The notes beneath the pieces are model-generated. The model searched no databases. It had not been told where the DNA came from and saw only the letters and a list, made by a program, of their open reading frames with translations. Shown here in pieces: positions 53,910-64,000 of a stretch of 64,000 nt of DNA. Numbering within the stretch: the first letter of the stretch is position 1; the number at the start of each line of letters is the position of its first letter. Source of the stretch: Octopus vulgaris (taxonomy: Eukaryota); the NCBI GenBank assembly GCA_951406725.2, contig OX597822.1:42718001-42782000 (forward strand). Reading direction: 5' to 3'. The translations under genes were made by a program, and so were the position numbers.

Positions 53910-53961
53910 TGAGAACGTACGTTTCAAGATTAGTCAAAACGACACTTCTATCATCAGCTCA
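53910..53961 (-). ncRNA. Hammerhead ribozyme motif, copy 1 in direct repeat
   Basis: Minus strand UGAG-CUGAUGA-u-AGAAGUGUC(GUUUU)GACUAAUCU-u-GAAAC-GUAC-GUU/CUCA, with palindromic stem III AACGUACGUU. Confidence 0.65.
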
Positions 53962-54457
53962 GAAACTCCTTAGTTTGGATTTGAAAACACTGAAAGTAAG
54001 AACATACCCTTTCGAAGATCTGCTCGTAACTAACAGTGCCAACAAACTCAAATAAGCAAGCGAAGAATTTCTGTTCTCCCCTTTCCACCAGCGTGGGTTA
54101 AAATCATCAAACACTATGCTTATTTCGGTAAAATCCGAAGCATTAATTAGAGGGAGATTAATTATAATTTCAACAATTGAGGGTAAAATTAATTAATTAT
54201 TAATCAATTTCACCAAGTGTTCAGTATGCAAAGGGACCATTCAAGGCGAATTCAAATTATTACATTATATAAAAGGGCTTAGTAAAATAAATTACTTTGC
54301 CGCATACTGAACTCATTAGAAATAGCAGCTAAAAAACTTTTTTAAAAGCTATTTCTAATACTTAAAGAAAATCTCTCTCATATAGTGTTTGCTTGACTCA
54401 ACTCACAAAAGTTTGGGGGTAAGTTTGGACATCAAAAAATCAAATGCAAAGGTTATT

Positions 54458-54509
54458 TGAGAACGTACGTTTCAAGATTAGTCAAAACGACACTTCTATC
54501 ATCAGCTCA
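54458..54509 (-). ncRNA. Hammerhead ribozyme motif, copy 2 in direct repeat
   Basis: Identical to the 53910-53961 motif, offset by 548 nt. Confidence 0.65.
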
Positions 54510-54528
54510 GAAACTCCTTAGTTTGGAT

Positions 54529-54564
<36 letters not shown>

Positions 54565-54841
54565 CAAGAAAGTTAGAGGTTGTGAATCCAAACAACTAAG
54601 GGATAATATCTATCCAATATACTGCTGGTAGAATACCCAATTATTAACACACAAGTATTTTTTATTTCATTGCAATTACATTACCAAGTGTACTAAATGG
54701 GTGATGGTAAAGAGTTATTTTATCATTAACTAGCAGAATTGCCCGGTGTTGCTTGGGGCTGAATTGCTTGAAAGTACTATTAATGATTGCACTGAATTAT
54801 GATGATTATTCAGACAAATATTGATATAAGCTTACGGTGGG

Positions 54842-55345
54842 AGATGACTTAACGATCAAACGTGTGCCATTGCATTGTTTTGGGGGAACCAAATTTCTAA
54901 TGAGCATTATAGGGGCACCAACTTTAAGTTTGAGAAAGTGTGGTGGTAGTCCGGGGTGCTCAAAGGAATTGAGTACCTCTATTGGATAGTTGATGACGTC
55001 CTCTGGGTCAGGAGTTGTATCGATAGACTGATATACATAGACTTCCCCAGGAATGAGTTTTAGCATTTCATCATTAATATGGTGAACAGTTTTATTCCTC
55101 GTGGGGCCAGTATAGCCTTTTTGCCAATCCAATCCATATTCTGATAATTAGCTTGTAGATCTGGGAACACTGCATCTCTGAGATCAGAAGGCGTCTTAAC
55201 AATGGTACAAATGGAATCGATGGCAATATTACCATTTTCATCCCCTGGTATTTTGCCTTCGCCAAGTGCAAGGAGGGTGTGAGGAAATGCTGCTGATGTG
55301 ATATTACGTCGCATATGAGCACGCATATTGGTGTGAAGTTTGAGA
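54842..55345 (-). pseudogene. Helitron PIF1-like helicase fragment, frameshifted
   Basis: LLALGEG...VFPDL...AILAP followed by YQSID...YPIEVLNS...GLPPHFLKLKVGAPIMLIRNL...CNGTRLIV, typical Helitron/PIF1 helicase motifs. Confidence 0.85.
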
Positions 55346-55574
55346 GTTACTTCCCTTTATTAAAAAAACTATGCATTAAAATGGAAAAAAATGATGGTAA
55401 ATTATTTGTAAAATCATAGACTCATTGTAGACGCGCGCTAATACCCAGAAGGGCTCGATATGAATCACGACTATAAGATACCCGGTTTTGGTTAAACTGC
55501 ATCGCAAAATGTGGGAGTAGTTAGGAATCTAAATCGGAGTAGACAGACACACAACCTTTCTTTTATATATAAAT

Positions 55575-57001
55575 ATTTTCGTCCTAAAAAACTTTGTATG
55601 GATTGAATGGTTACCTCTATGGAAATATATACACGCACATTATACATACATGTGTGTATAGATGAATATATAAATACATTTAAATATCTATATACACTTT
55701 TGGGCGATCTTTCTGTTTCTTAGAGATAACTTTAGATCTTATTTTCGTCCTAAAAACCTTTGTATGGAGTGAATGGTTACCTCTATGGAAATATATACAC
55801 ACACGTTATACATACATGTGTGCATAGATGAATATATAACTACATTTATATATCTATATACACTTTTGGGCGATCTTTGTGCTACTTAGAGATAACTTTA
55901 GATCTTATTTTCGTCCTAAAAACCTTTGTGCGGAGTGAATGGTTACGTCTATAGAAATATATACACACACATTATACATACATCTGTGTATAGATGAATA
56001 TATAAATACATTTAAATATCTATATACACTTTTGGGCGATCTTTCTGCTACTTGTATATACTTATAAATACATTTAAATATCTATATACACTTTTGGGCG
56101 ATCTTTCTGCTACTTGGATATAGGTCTTATATTCGTCCTAAAAAACTTTCCTGTCACACACTCACGCACACACACACACACACGCGCACCCTCACACACA
56201 CACAGACGCACACACACACACACACACGCACGTTAGCTTACAATTTTATTTATATATTTGCGTGTCTATGTGTGTAAAGAGGAAGTGGGAGGCAGAGTGA
56301 AAGAGTCACTCACTACAGAAAGTGAATTACTTTCACTTTTACCTCTATGGAAATATATACACGCACATTATACATACATGTGTGTATAGATGAATATATA
56401 AATACATTTAAATATCTATATACACTTTTGGGCGATCTTTCTGTTTCTTAGAGATAACTTTAGATCTTATTTTCGTCCTAAAAACCTTTGTATGGAGTGA
56501 ATGGTTACCTCTATGGAAATATATACACACACGTTATACATACATGTGTGCATAGATGAATATATAAATACATTTATATATCTATATACACTTTTGGGCG
56601 ATCTTTGTGCTACTTAGAGATAACTTTAGATCTTATTTTCGTCCTAAAAACCTTTGTGTGGAGTGAATGGTTACGTCTATAGAAATATATACACACACAT
56701 TATACATACATCTGTGTATAGATGAATATATAAATACATTTAAATATCTATATACACTTTTGGGCGATCTTTCTGCTACTTGGATATAGGTCTTATATTC
56801 GTCGTAAAAAACTTTCCTGTCACACACTCACGCACACACACACATACACACGCGCACACACACACGCGCACACACACACACACACTCACACACACACACA
56901 TTAGCTTACAATTTTATTTATATATTTGCGTGTCTATGTGTGTAAAGAGGAAGTGGGAGGCAGAGTGAAAGAATCACTCACTACAGAAAGTGAATTACTT
57001 T
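55575..57001. repeat. 166-bp tandem repeat with higher-order ~728-bp duplication
   Basis: ATTTTCGTCCTAAAAA recurs at 55575, 55741 and 55907. The block starting at 55613 is repeated from 56341. Confidence 0.9.
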
Positions 57002-57431
57002 CCTGTCAACACACAGTGAATTAGTTTCAGTTTATTCGTTGCACACTGTGTGTGTGCGTTTGCATGTGCTGTAACCCAAACTAAGAAAAGCATTTGACAT
57101 ATACACCAGAATGTGAGTTCTCTCTAAATTTTGCTTAATTGGGGTTGAAATTTTAAAAACCGGACCTGGCAAAACCTGATGCATTCTACTCTTAAAAATG
57201 CTAGGTAAATTGTAATTGAAGAAATCCTATATTGTCGATTTCTATAACTGACAAAGGGAGGCAGATAAAATCTGCCTTTTATAATAAGAGATTTATAGAG
57301 CAATAACAATGGAGGGGATCAGTAGGTGGTATTCATCAACTTTTAGACATAATATTATGTCAATTTATTTATATATCATCAGTAAATCACAAATCTGAAA
57401 GAGAAGCACACTCTAAGTTATAGTAGAGTAT

Positions 57432-57638
57432 TTAGATAAAGGTAGTTATGGCCTGTCTATAGGGTTACCCAGGGTATCATGTCTATAAAACACTTAGCTT
57501 TACATATACATCTTGTCAGAAAGAGAGGTTATAAGCCACCAGCCATTAGGGTCTGATGAGACATATGTAAAGCTAAGAGCTCTATGGACATCATACCCTG
57601 AGTAACCCCATAAACAGGTCATAACTATTTTCATCTAA
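57432..57638. mobile_element. Fold-back element with degenerate hammerhead, related to the 52187 family
   Basis: Imperfect inverted arms. The + strand has AGGGT-CTGATGA...(CATA for GAAA)CCCTGAGTA/ACCCC at 57548-57609 and shares GGCCTGT.TA.AGGGTTACCC with 52176-52196. Confidence 0.6.
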
Positions 57639-57971
57639 ATATATATAAATTAAGCACAAAATGGAAAAAATTTTTGTTCAGCAAACAAATTGACTACCAT
57701 GGGTTATTATTTTTTTTTTTTCGTGAGTTTGCTTGTTGATAAAAAATTTTCTCTATTTTCTCCATTTAAATTTGATTCCTGATAAACTTTTGTTTATTTT
57801 GTTATTGCCTGTATCCTATGAGCATAGTATGCTTGCATATCCATGCCCAGGGTTAACATAGGTAATTCATAACGGTAGTAATAACGGATATTCTTATCCC
57901 TTAGATGGTTATTCCAACTGCTAACTCTACTTACCTTATATATAATTCGAACTCAAATATTTTCTCACACC

Positions 57972-58019
57972 GTCTCTGATGAAGGGATATCCATAATATC
58001 CCAGAAACAGCTGTAAGGC
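57972..58019 (+). ncRNA. Type I hammerhead ribozyme motif (Penelope pLTR-type)
   Basis: GUCU-CUGAUGA-a-GGGAUAU(CCAUA)AUAUCCC-a-GAAAC-AGCU-GUA/AGGC: intact core, 7-bp stem II, palindromic stem III (ACAGCUGU), 4-bp stem I. Predicted cleavage after 58015. Confidence 0.75.
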
Positions 58020-58371
58020 TATTTCTTTATAAATGTTTTGAAAACTCCTCACAACCTTGGATTTGTTATCTCATTCTGTCTAATATATGCTAATACATAC
58101 ATTCTATCTATCTAGGTTGTCCTTCAGGACACCCCTACATACATTCATATAAGTATATATATGTGTGTGTGTGTGTATATGTGTATGTATACACTTGCAT
58201 TCACACACACAAACATTCATAGTAATACACACACTAACACATCACAGTGATACATGGGTGGACAGAAATGAATGCACACATATATATACACATATTAAAC
58301 ACACATCTATCTAGCTATCCAATGTGTGTGAGTGTGAGTGTATATACAAAATGTATGTATGTAAATATATA

Positions 58372-58517
58372 TGTGTGTAACAGAAGCCTCCAGTGAGGAT
58401 CAGATGCATGATCCCTGGTTTACAAGACCAGTGCTCTCACCACTGAACTAGAGCCCTGGTCTTGTAAACCAGGAGTCGTGAGTTCAATCCTCACTGGGAG
58501 CTTCTGTAACACACACA
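58372..58517. pseudogene. Inverted pair of tRNA-Thr(TGT)-derived copies (tRNA pseudogene / SINE fold-back)
   Basis: Anticodon arm CTGGT-CTTGTAA-ACCAG occurs on both strands. The minus copy (58386-58454) has the D-arm AGTTCAGTGGTGAGAGC but a decayed T-arm; the plus copy (58449-58501) has T-arm GTGAGTTCAATCCTCAC but no 5' end. Confidence 0.75.
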
Positions 58518-58804
58518 CACACACACACATACATATGTAATTATGTATATATACACAGACAAGTGCATAGACCTGTGTTGATGTTGTTATTTTTGTTGTC
58601 AACAGTTATATTGATTAGCTGAAACCTGAAGTGTAACAGCACTGAGGTTGTGTGTCACAGTTAGTGCGTTACAGTGTGGTTAAATATTTTAATTTATGTT
58701 TTTTTTCTTCTATTCCCCCCCCACCACCACCAATCATCACCACCACTTCCATATGATGTCACATGATATTTCACCTACTCCACTCAACAACCAATGTCCA
58801 ACAG

Positions 58805-59019
58805 GGAAGGTCCTCAGTGAACTACTTGAGCCACTAGAAATGCGGATGAACTCTGTCCGGGATTTCATTGAGGATGTCAAGCCTGGCATCAAAGTGGAGT
58901 TAGTGCCCCTGCAAGACATGTATGGACCAACTATCACCGATGCAACAATGGACTGTCTGGTGGTTACCAAGGAGACGAGTAAAGGGGCTACAATGATAAA
59001 CACAGAACGGTCAAAAAGG
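58805..59019 (+). CDS. COASY: COASY coding exon 2 (PPAT domain)
   Basis: Acceptor CAG ends at 58804. The phase-1 join A+GG gives Arg and continues KVLSELLEPLEMRM...VPLQDMYGPTITDATMDCLVVTKETSKGATMINTERSKR, matching PPAT motifs DxYGP, LVVSxET and IN..R. Donor AGG|GTGATT is phase 0. Confidence 0.9.
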
Positions 59020-61590
59020 GTGATTTGTCTTTTTTTTTTGATACTTTATATTTTAAATTTCATTGTTTTATTTCAAGAGAATACATGCTGTTACTGCTTA
59101 ATCCTCAGGACAATCCTTATTGAATAGGCCTATGATCAAAAGCTTTCTAGCTATGACCATCCCATCTTTTACTGAGACACACTGACCTGAGTGTCACATG
59201 ATCCAACATGTTTAATGCTAAGATGGTAGGTTATGATTTGAAGAGATTTGGCTGTTATTTCCAGCAGATTGAACAGCCACATAGAGGCTTATTTTTTTGA
59301 AGTAGTGTATAGGTGTTTTCACTGAAGCACCTTTGAACGTAGGCCCATTCTATCTAGGCTGACTGAGAGTTAAACAACATTGCACACACACACACACACA
59401 CATACACACAGGCATGTGTACACATGTCTGAGAAATACTCAACCATTTATATGCTAATTCAATAAGTCAGTAATTCTCTTGATTGTCCATCCATTCATCT
59501 TCTCCACTCACCATTCCTGGGGGTGTCACAGACATAGTGTCCTCAGGCACCTCCTCCACAGAGTCCTATCAGATGCAACTGTCATTAGTAGTGGAGGTGC
59601 ATGGCTTAGTGGTTACGGTGTTGGGCTCATGATCATAAGATTGTGGTTTCCATTCCTGTACCGGGCACTGCATTGTGTTTTTGAGCAAAACATTTTGTTT
59701 CACATTGCTCCAGTCCACACAGCTTGCAAAAATGAGTAACCGTGTAGCAGACTAGTGTCTCATCCAGGGTAAAATACATAGGTTACAGAAACCAGGAAAC
59801 CAGCCGTATGGGTCAGTATGATTCAGGAAGGAGCTTATCAACTGTTATTACACTTTCTGGCTAGATTCCCAAGCATGACCAGTTATGGATATTCAGCCAT
59901 CTTTTGTACTCTAGGCACAGGACTGAAATTTTTGGGGAGGGGGCCAGTCGATTTGATCAACTCCAGTATACAACTGGTACTTAATTTATCAATCCTGAAA
60001 GGATAAGTCAACCTCAGCAGAATTTGAACTCAGAACATAAAAATAGATGAAATACTTATAAACATTTTGCCTGGTGTGCTAATGTTTCTGCCAGCTTGCC
60101 ACTTTAACCCACCTCAATATTCTTTTCTGCTTTATGCACAAGGCCTGAAATTTCGTGGGAGGGGGCAAGACGATTTGATTGATCCCAGTGTGCAACTGGT
60201 ACTTAATTTATCAACCCCAAGAGGATGAAAGGCAAAGTTGACCTTGGCGGAATTTGAACTCAGAATGTAAAGACAGATGAAATACCACTAAGCATTTCAC
60301 CCACCATGCTAACGTTTCTGCCAGGTCACCGTTTCAGCTGTCTTGTTCTTCATCTGCCCCTATGTTTGCTGCCAACTGGCTTGACTTGGCTTGGAGAATC
60401 CATCTTGTGATTCTCTCCTGTGACATTCTAAGCACGTCTGTAGTACTGGTGCTGTGACCTTACAATGCAAAGAAGTAGTGGTTCAACCTAGAGAGACTCA
60501 CTGATCGCTGAGCCATGCATTCTATCAGACTCACTAAGTTTAGTTCAGTTTTTGTGCCTATCCTCACCTTTGGCCATAAAAGTTGAGGTAATGACCAAAA
60601 GAATATGAGAGTGAATACAAGCATCTGAAATGGGATTCCTCTGAAGGATCTCTGGAATAATATCACTCATTTTGTATACTGTTTATATTACTTGGTGTTA
60701 TCTTGATTGTTGATTTCATTACATTTTGGCTGTTGTATGCTCCAACCTACTAGTGTCTTCTGCTGAACTCGTGTTGTTTTGAAATTTCGAACCTAACCCT
60801 TTATTTGATTCCTGGGGGTATGCGGTTCTCATTCCTCATTTCATGAATATAAAATTATAATGTTAATCAATTGGTCAAACAACTGGAATAGACACTTGAA
60901 ATTGGCAAACACCCGTTGACATACATTACCTATTTGGCTACTTTGCTATTGCTTACACACCACACACACATCCTATATAAGTGTACACAAGCATACTTAC
61001 ATATAGACATACACAAACTTGATTACAGACTCACTCAAACACATACTCAGGCATGCACATGCGCACACAGTGGTAACCTCCCAACTTGTGTGCTAGACTT
61101 AATCCATAACTTGGTCTTTAGATGTCCTTAGCACAGCCTACTCTGTTGTTTACATTCAGATTATATCTCAAGAGTGTATATGCATAGGATAATTTGGTAT
61201 CTTGTTGCGCTGCTTCTTTCTGTTAAAACGTGTCTGTTGTGACTTCTTCCCCTCTTGAACTCCTAAAAGTGTTGAGGAGACTTTTTAAAAGGATCAAGGG
61301 TGCTGCCCTTCCTTCACTAAAAATGACTAAATAAATAATACGCTCACATAAATGGAAATACACACGAACATAACATAACACGACACAAATACATACATAC
61401 CACAGATGCAGATACATGAAGACTTACACCACACAAACACACGTGTATACGTATAAATGTGCACGCGCAAACACAAATCTACATACAGATACACATGCAC
61501 AAATACGCATACACAAACACACATGCACACTACACAAACAAATACATACCCTCCATTTTATTGTTTGTTTCATCGTATTTTCCCCTGTAG

Positions 61591-61731
61591 GGTCTCCCTC
61601 CTTTGGAAGTTCGCGTCATTGATTTACTGGACGAGGAAGCAAACACAGACTACCAAGGCCTTCTAGAACCAAAGATCAGTTCATCAAATGAACGTAAATT
61701 GTTACTGGGAACATTGATAAAGGAACCTGAC
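61591..61731 (+). CDS. COASY: COASY coding exon 3 (end of PPAT domain)
   Basis: Acceptor TTTCCCCTGTAG ends at 61590. The exon has 47 codons, GLPPLEVRVIDLL...KISSSNERKLLLGTLIKEPD, with the KxSSS motif of PPAT. Donor GAC|GTAAGT is phase 0 and consistent with the upstream exon. Confidence 0.9.
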
Positions 61732-62059
61732 GTAAGTCTAAATAAATACGATTCTTCAACGCCTCTCGTGCCTCTTTCTAGAGCAATATTTGCTTGTCTC
61801 GGTGACTGTTTGTCTATTGTTTCCTAGATCTGTCTGTTTACTTGTCTGCGTGTCTGCTGGTATACTGGTCACTAAGTCTGTCTGTCACTGCCTGTCTCTA
61901 CTGGTCACTATGTTTTTTCCACTGCTTCGTTCTCTCTTTCTCCTACCCACGTTCCCGCTTCTTTGTGTCTGTAAGACTAACAAACTCTTTTAGTACTCTC
62001 TCTCTCTCTCTCCCGCTTTTACTCTCTCATGTCCGTCTATAAGAACCGTCTACTGCATC

Positions 62060-62272
62060 TCTGAGATGCAGTGTCTCCTTGTCAGTGAATAAATCAGTTT
62101 CGAACGGCGAAAAATTTGACACCATATTATAAATAATGGATGTTTAAGCAAAGTTAACACTCTTTGTGTGTTTCTGAATGGCTAACATGACATGCGTCTT
62201 TCATGCTGCAATCATTTTAGTTTCAACACACGGTCTCCGATCAAAACACTTGCTTGGCAAGTACACCTCTAG
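62060..62272 (+). mobile_element. Diverged copy of the 51101-51417 hammerhead element
   Basis: Retains TTGTCAGTGAA...CGAAAAATTTGACA and the tail TTTGTGTGTTTCT...CATGCTGCAAT...CACTTGCT...GCAAGTACA. Confidence 0.6.
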
Positions 62273-62714
62273 AACTATATATACTCTCTTACATTAGACG
62301 TAACGACACTAATATGTATGATAGGGTGTCTATTTTACAGAATGCCATTCACACCATTCTGTCTGTGCAAGCATCACCGTTTGCTTGAGGTAACAGTTGT
62401 CTCCCTTGAACGCTTGCCTGTAAAACAAGAGCGAAGGCAATAAAAAAAATGAACCAAGGTATATTTCACGGAAATAATCCATTCAGCTATTGGCACAAGG
62501 CCTGAAATTTTGGTAGAGAGGTGACTCGTCGATTACATCGACCCAGTGTTCTACTGGTATTAATTTTATCGAGTCTGAAATGATGAAATGCAAAGTCAAC
62601 TTCGGCGGAGTTTGAACTCAGAACGTAACGAGTCGGAAGAAATGCCGCTGAGCAATTTATACGACGTGTTAACGATTCTGTCTGCTAGATAATATACGAC
62701 ATACCTACATAAAT

Positions 62715-63112
62715 GCGCCCCACCTAACTTTATTTCCTCATAAGTTTCAGGAAAAATGGATATTTTTAAAACAAAATTTTAAAATACCTTTCAGGTACTG
62801 TAGATTATGACAATCAGAATTTAATATTAAAAAAAAAAAAAAAAAGAAAACAAAAGAAAAAAGTGGGCGAGCTCACATATATACTAACGCATAACACATA
62901 ATATCTACAAAATAAAACGTGAAATTAATTTTGAAAAATATAGTGATTTGTGTCAGTATGTTATGTATATGCGTTCACATTTTTTAAAAATTAAATTCTG
63001 ATATAATTGGAATGTGCACCACCTGAAAGGAACTTGTACAAAACTTCCTTAACAGATCTCCATTTTTTTCTGAAAGTTATGAGGAAACAAAATCGGGGAT
63101 GGGACACTCTTG
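62715..63112. mobile_element. TIR MITE (Tc1-like); a related copy at 63190-64000 is interrupted by a SINE
   Basis: Inverted ends TTTCCTCATAAGTTTCAGGAAAAATGGA / TCCATTTTTTTCTGAAAGTTATGAGGAAA. Confidence 0.55.
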
Positions 63113-64000
63113 TAATAAGTATGCCAAAATATCAATGTATAATGGTGTTCATATTAACAACAATACTCCCTCTTCAGCATACCTACACAATTGTGCCCCT
63201 CCAACTTTGTTTCCTTATAACTTCAAGAAGAACTAATATTTTTTAATGAAATATTCTACAAGGTGCAGGCGTGGCTGTGTAGTAAGAAGCTTGCTTCCCT
63301 ACTACATGGTTCTGGGTTCAGTCCTACTGCGTGACAGCTTGGGTAAGTGTCTTCTACTGTAGCCTTGGGCTAACCAAAGCCTTGTGAGTGGATTTCGTAG
63401 ATGGAAACTGAAAGAAGCCCGTCATGTATATATATATATATATTTTTATATGTGTGTGTTTTTGTGTCTGTGTTTGTCCCCCACCATTGCTTAACAACTG
63501 GTGTTGGTGTGCTTATATTCCTGAAACTTAACAGTTCAGTAAAAGAAACTGATAGAAAAAATACTAGGCTTACAGAAAATAAGTCCTGCAGTAGATTTCT
63601 TTGACTAAAGGCAGTAATCCAGCATGGCCACAGTCAAATTACTGAAACATGTAAAAGAGTAAAAGAATAAAATTAGCTTTGGATGGTGTAGATTTTGATT
63701 ATATCAGAATTTATGATGAAACTTTTTCTCTGAGGACGAAGTGAGGAGTTTCTGAAAATTCCCATGAATCAGTTTTGTTTTCTCTTAACATTCAGAAAAA
63801 TGGGTAATTTTTAATGAAATTTTCTAGAAATACTTTTGTGTGGAGATTATGATTATATGGGAATTTAATATGAAAAAAAAAAAAAGGGCTGGGTTCGTAC
63901 ATATGCATACTGACACACATCACATATCTACAAAATGAAACTTGAAATTTCGAGAAAAGAAATTGATATGTGTGTCAGTATTTATGCATACAAGTCAATC

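Larger units (their letters stand above)
53711..54533 (-). mobile_element. ORF-less element with ~275-bp terminal direct repeats, each carrying a hammerhead (Penelope pLTR / retrozyme-like)
   Basis: 53711-53985 is repeated at 54255-54533 (near-identical apart from a 4-nt indel) around a ~270-bp unique spacer, with (TA)n on both sides. Confidence 0.7.
54730..57291 (-). mobile_element. Composite Helitron with PIF1 helicase fragment and internal minisatellite
   Basis: 3' end CCCCAAGCAACACCGGGCAATTCTGCTAG|T and 5' end A|TCTCTTATTATAAAAGGCAGA, both related to the 52605-53644 element. Confidence 0.75.

Noticed and set aside
54842-55345. Host PIF1 gene nested in the COASY intron
   Set aside because: It is a frameshifted fragment bounded by Helitron termini.
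55575-57001. Regularly spaced repeats that might suggest a CRISPR array
   Set aside because: These are contiguous 166-bp tandem units without unique spacers, in eukaryotic DNA with no cas genes.
58386-58501. Functional tRNA-Thr gene
   Set aside because: One copy has a destroyed T-loop/B box, the other lacks the 5' acceptor strand and D-arm start, and there is no poly-T terminator.

Overview
AT-rich, microsatellite-dense eukaryotic genomic DNA. The repeat landscape (tRNA-derived SINEs, RTE/R4/L1-Tx1 LINE relics, Helitrons) looks like an octopus or other coleoid cephalopod; the species is inferred, not verified. One host gene is well supported: bifunctional coenzyme A synthase (COASY) on +, with three phase-compatible coding exons of the PPAT half (49826-50531, 58805-59019, 61591-61731); the DPCK exons presumably lie beyond the window. 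A second, unidentified gene on the minus strand is suggested only by splice signals between 2.2 and 17 kb. The rest is mostly transposon debris: a Merlin element and a Merlin MITE with TSDs, hAT/piggyBac/Tc1 MITEs, two composite Helitrons, and a head-to-tail cluster of R4/Dong-like elements with a twin-priming-type inversion. The most interesting signal is a set of several distinct short fold-back or direct-repeat elements, usually next to (TA)n, each centred on a type I hammerhead ribozyme motif (Penelope pLTR/retrozyme-like). These include a G3-C8 compensatory core variant (51228-51278), an ORF-less LTR-like element predicted to release a ~548-nt RNA, and the same fold-back architecture built around a tRNA-Thr copy. 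All calls were made by eye; no database search or folding was run, and repeat boundaries without TSDs are approximate.
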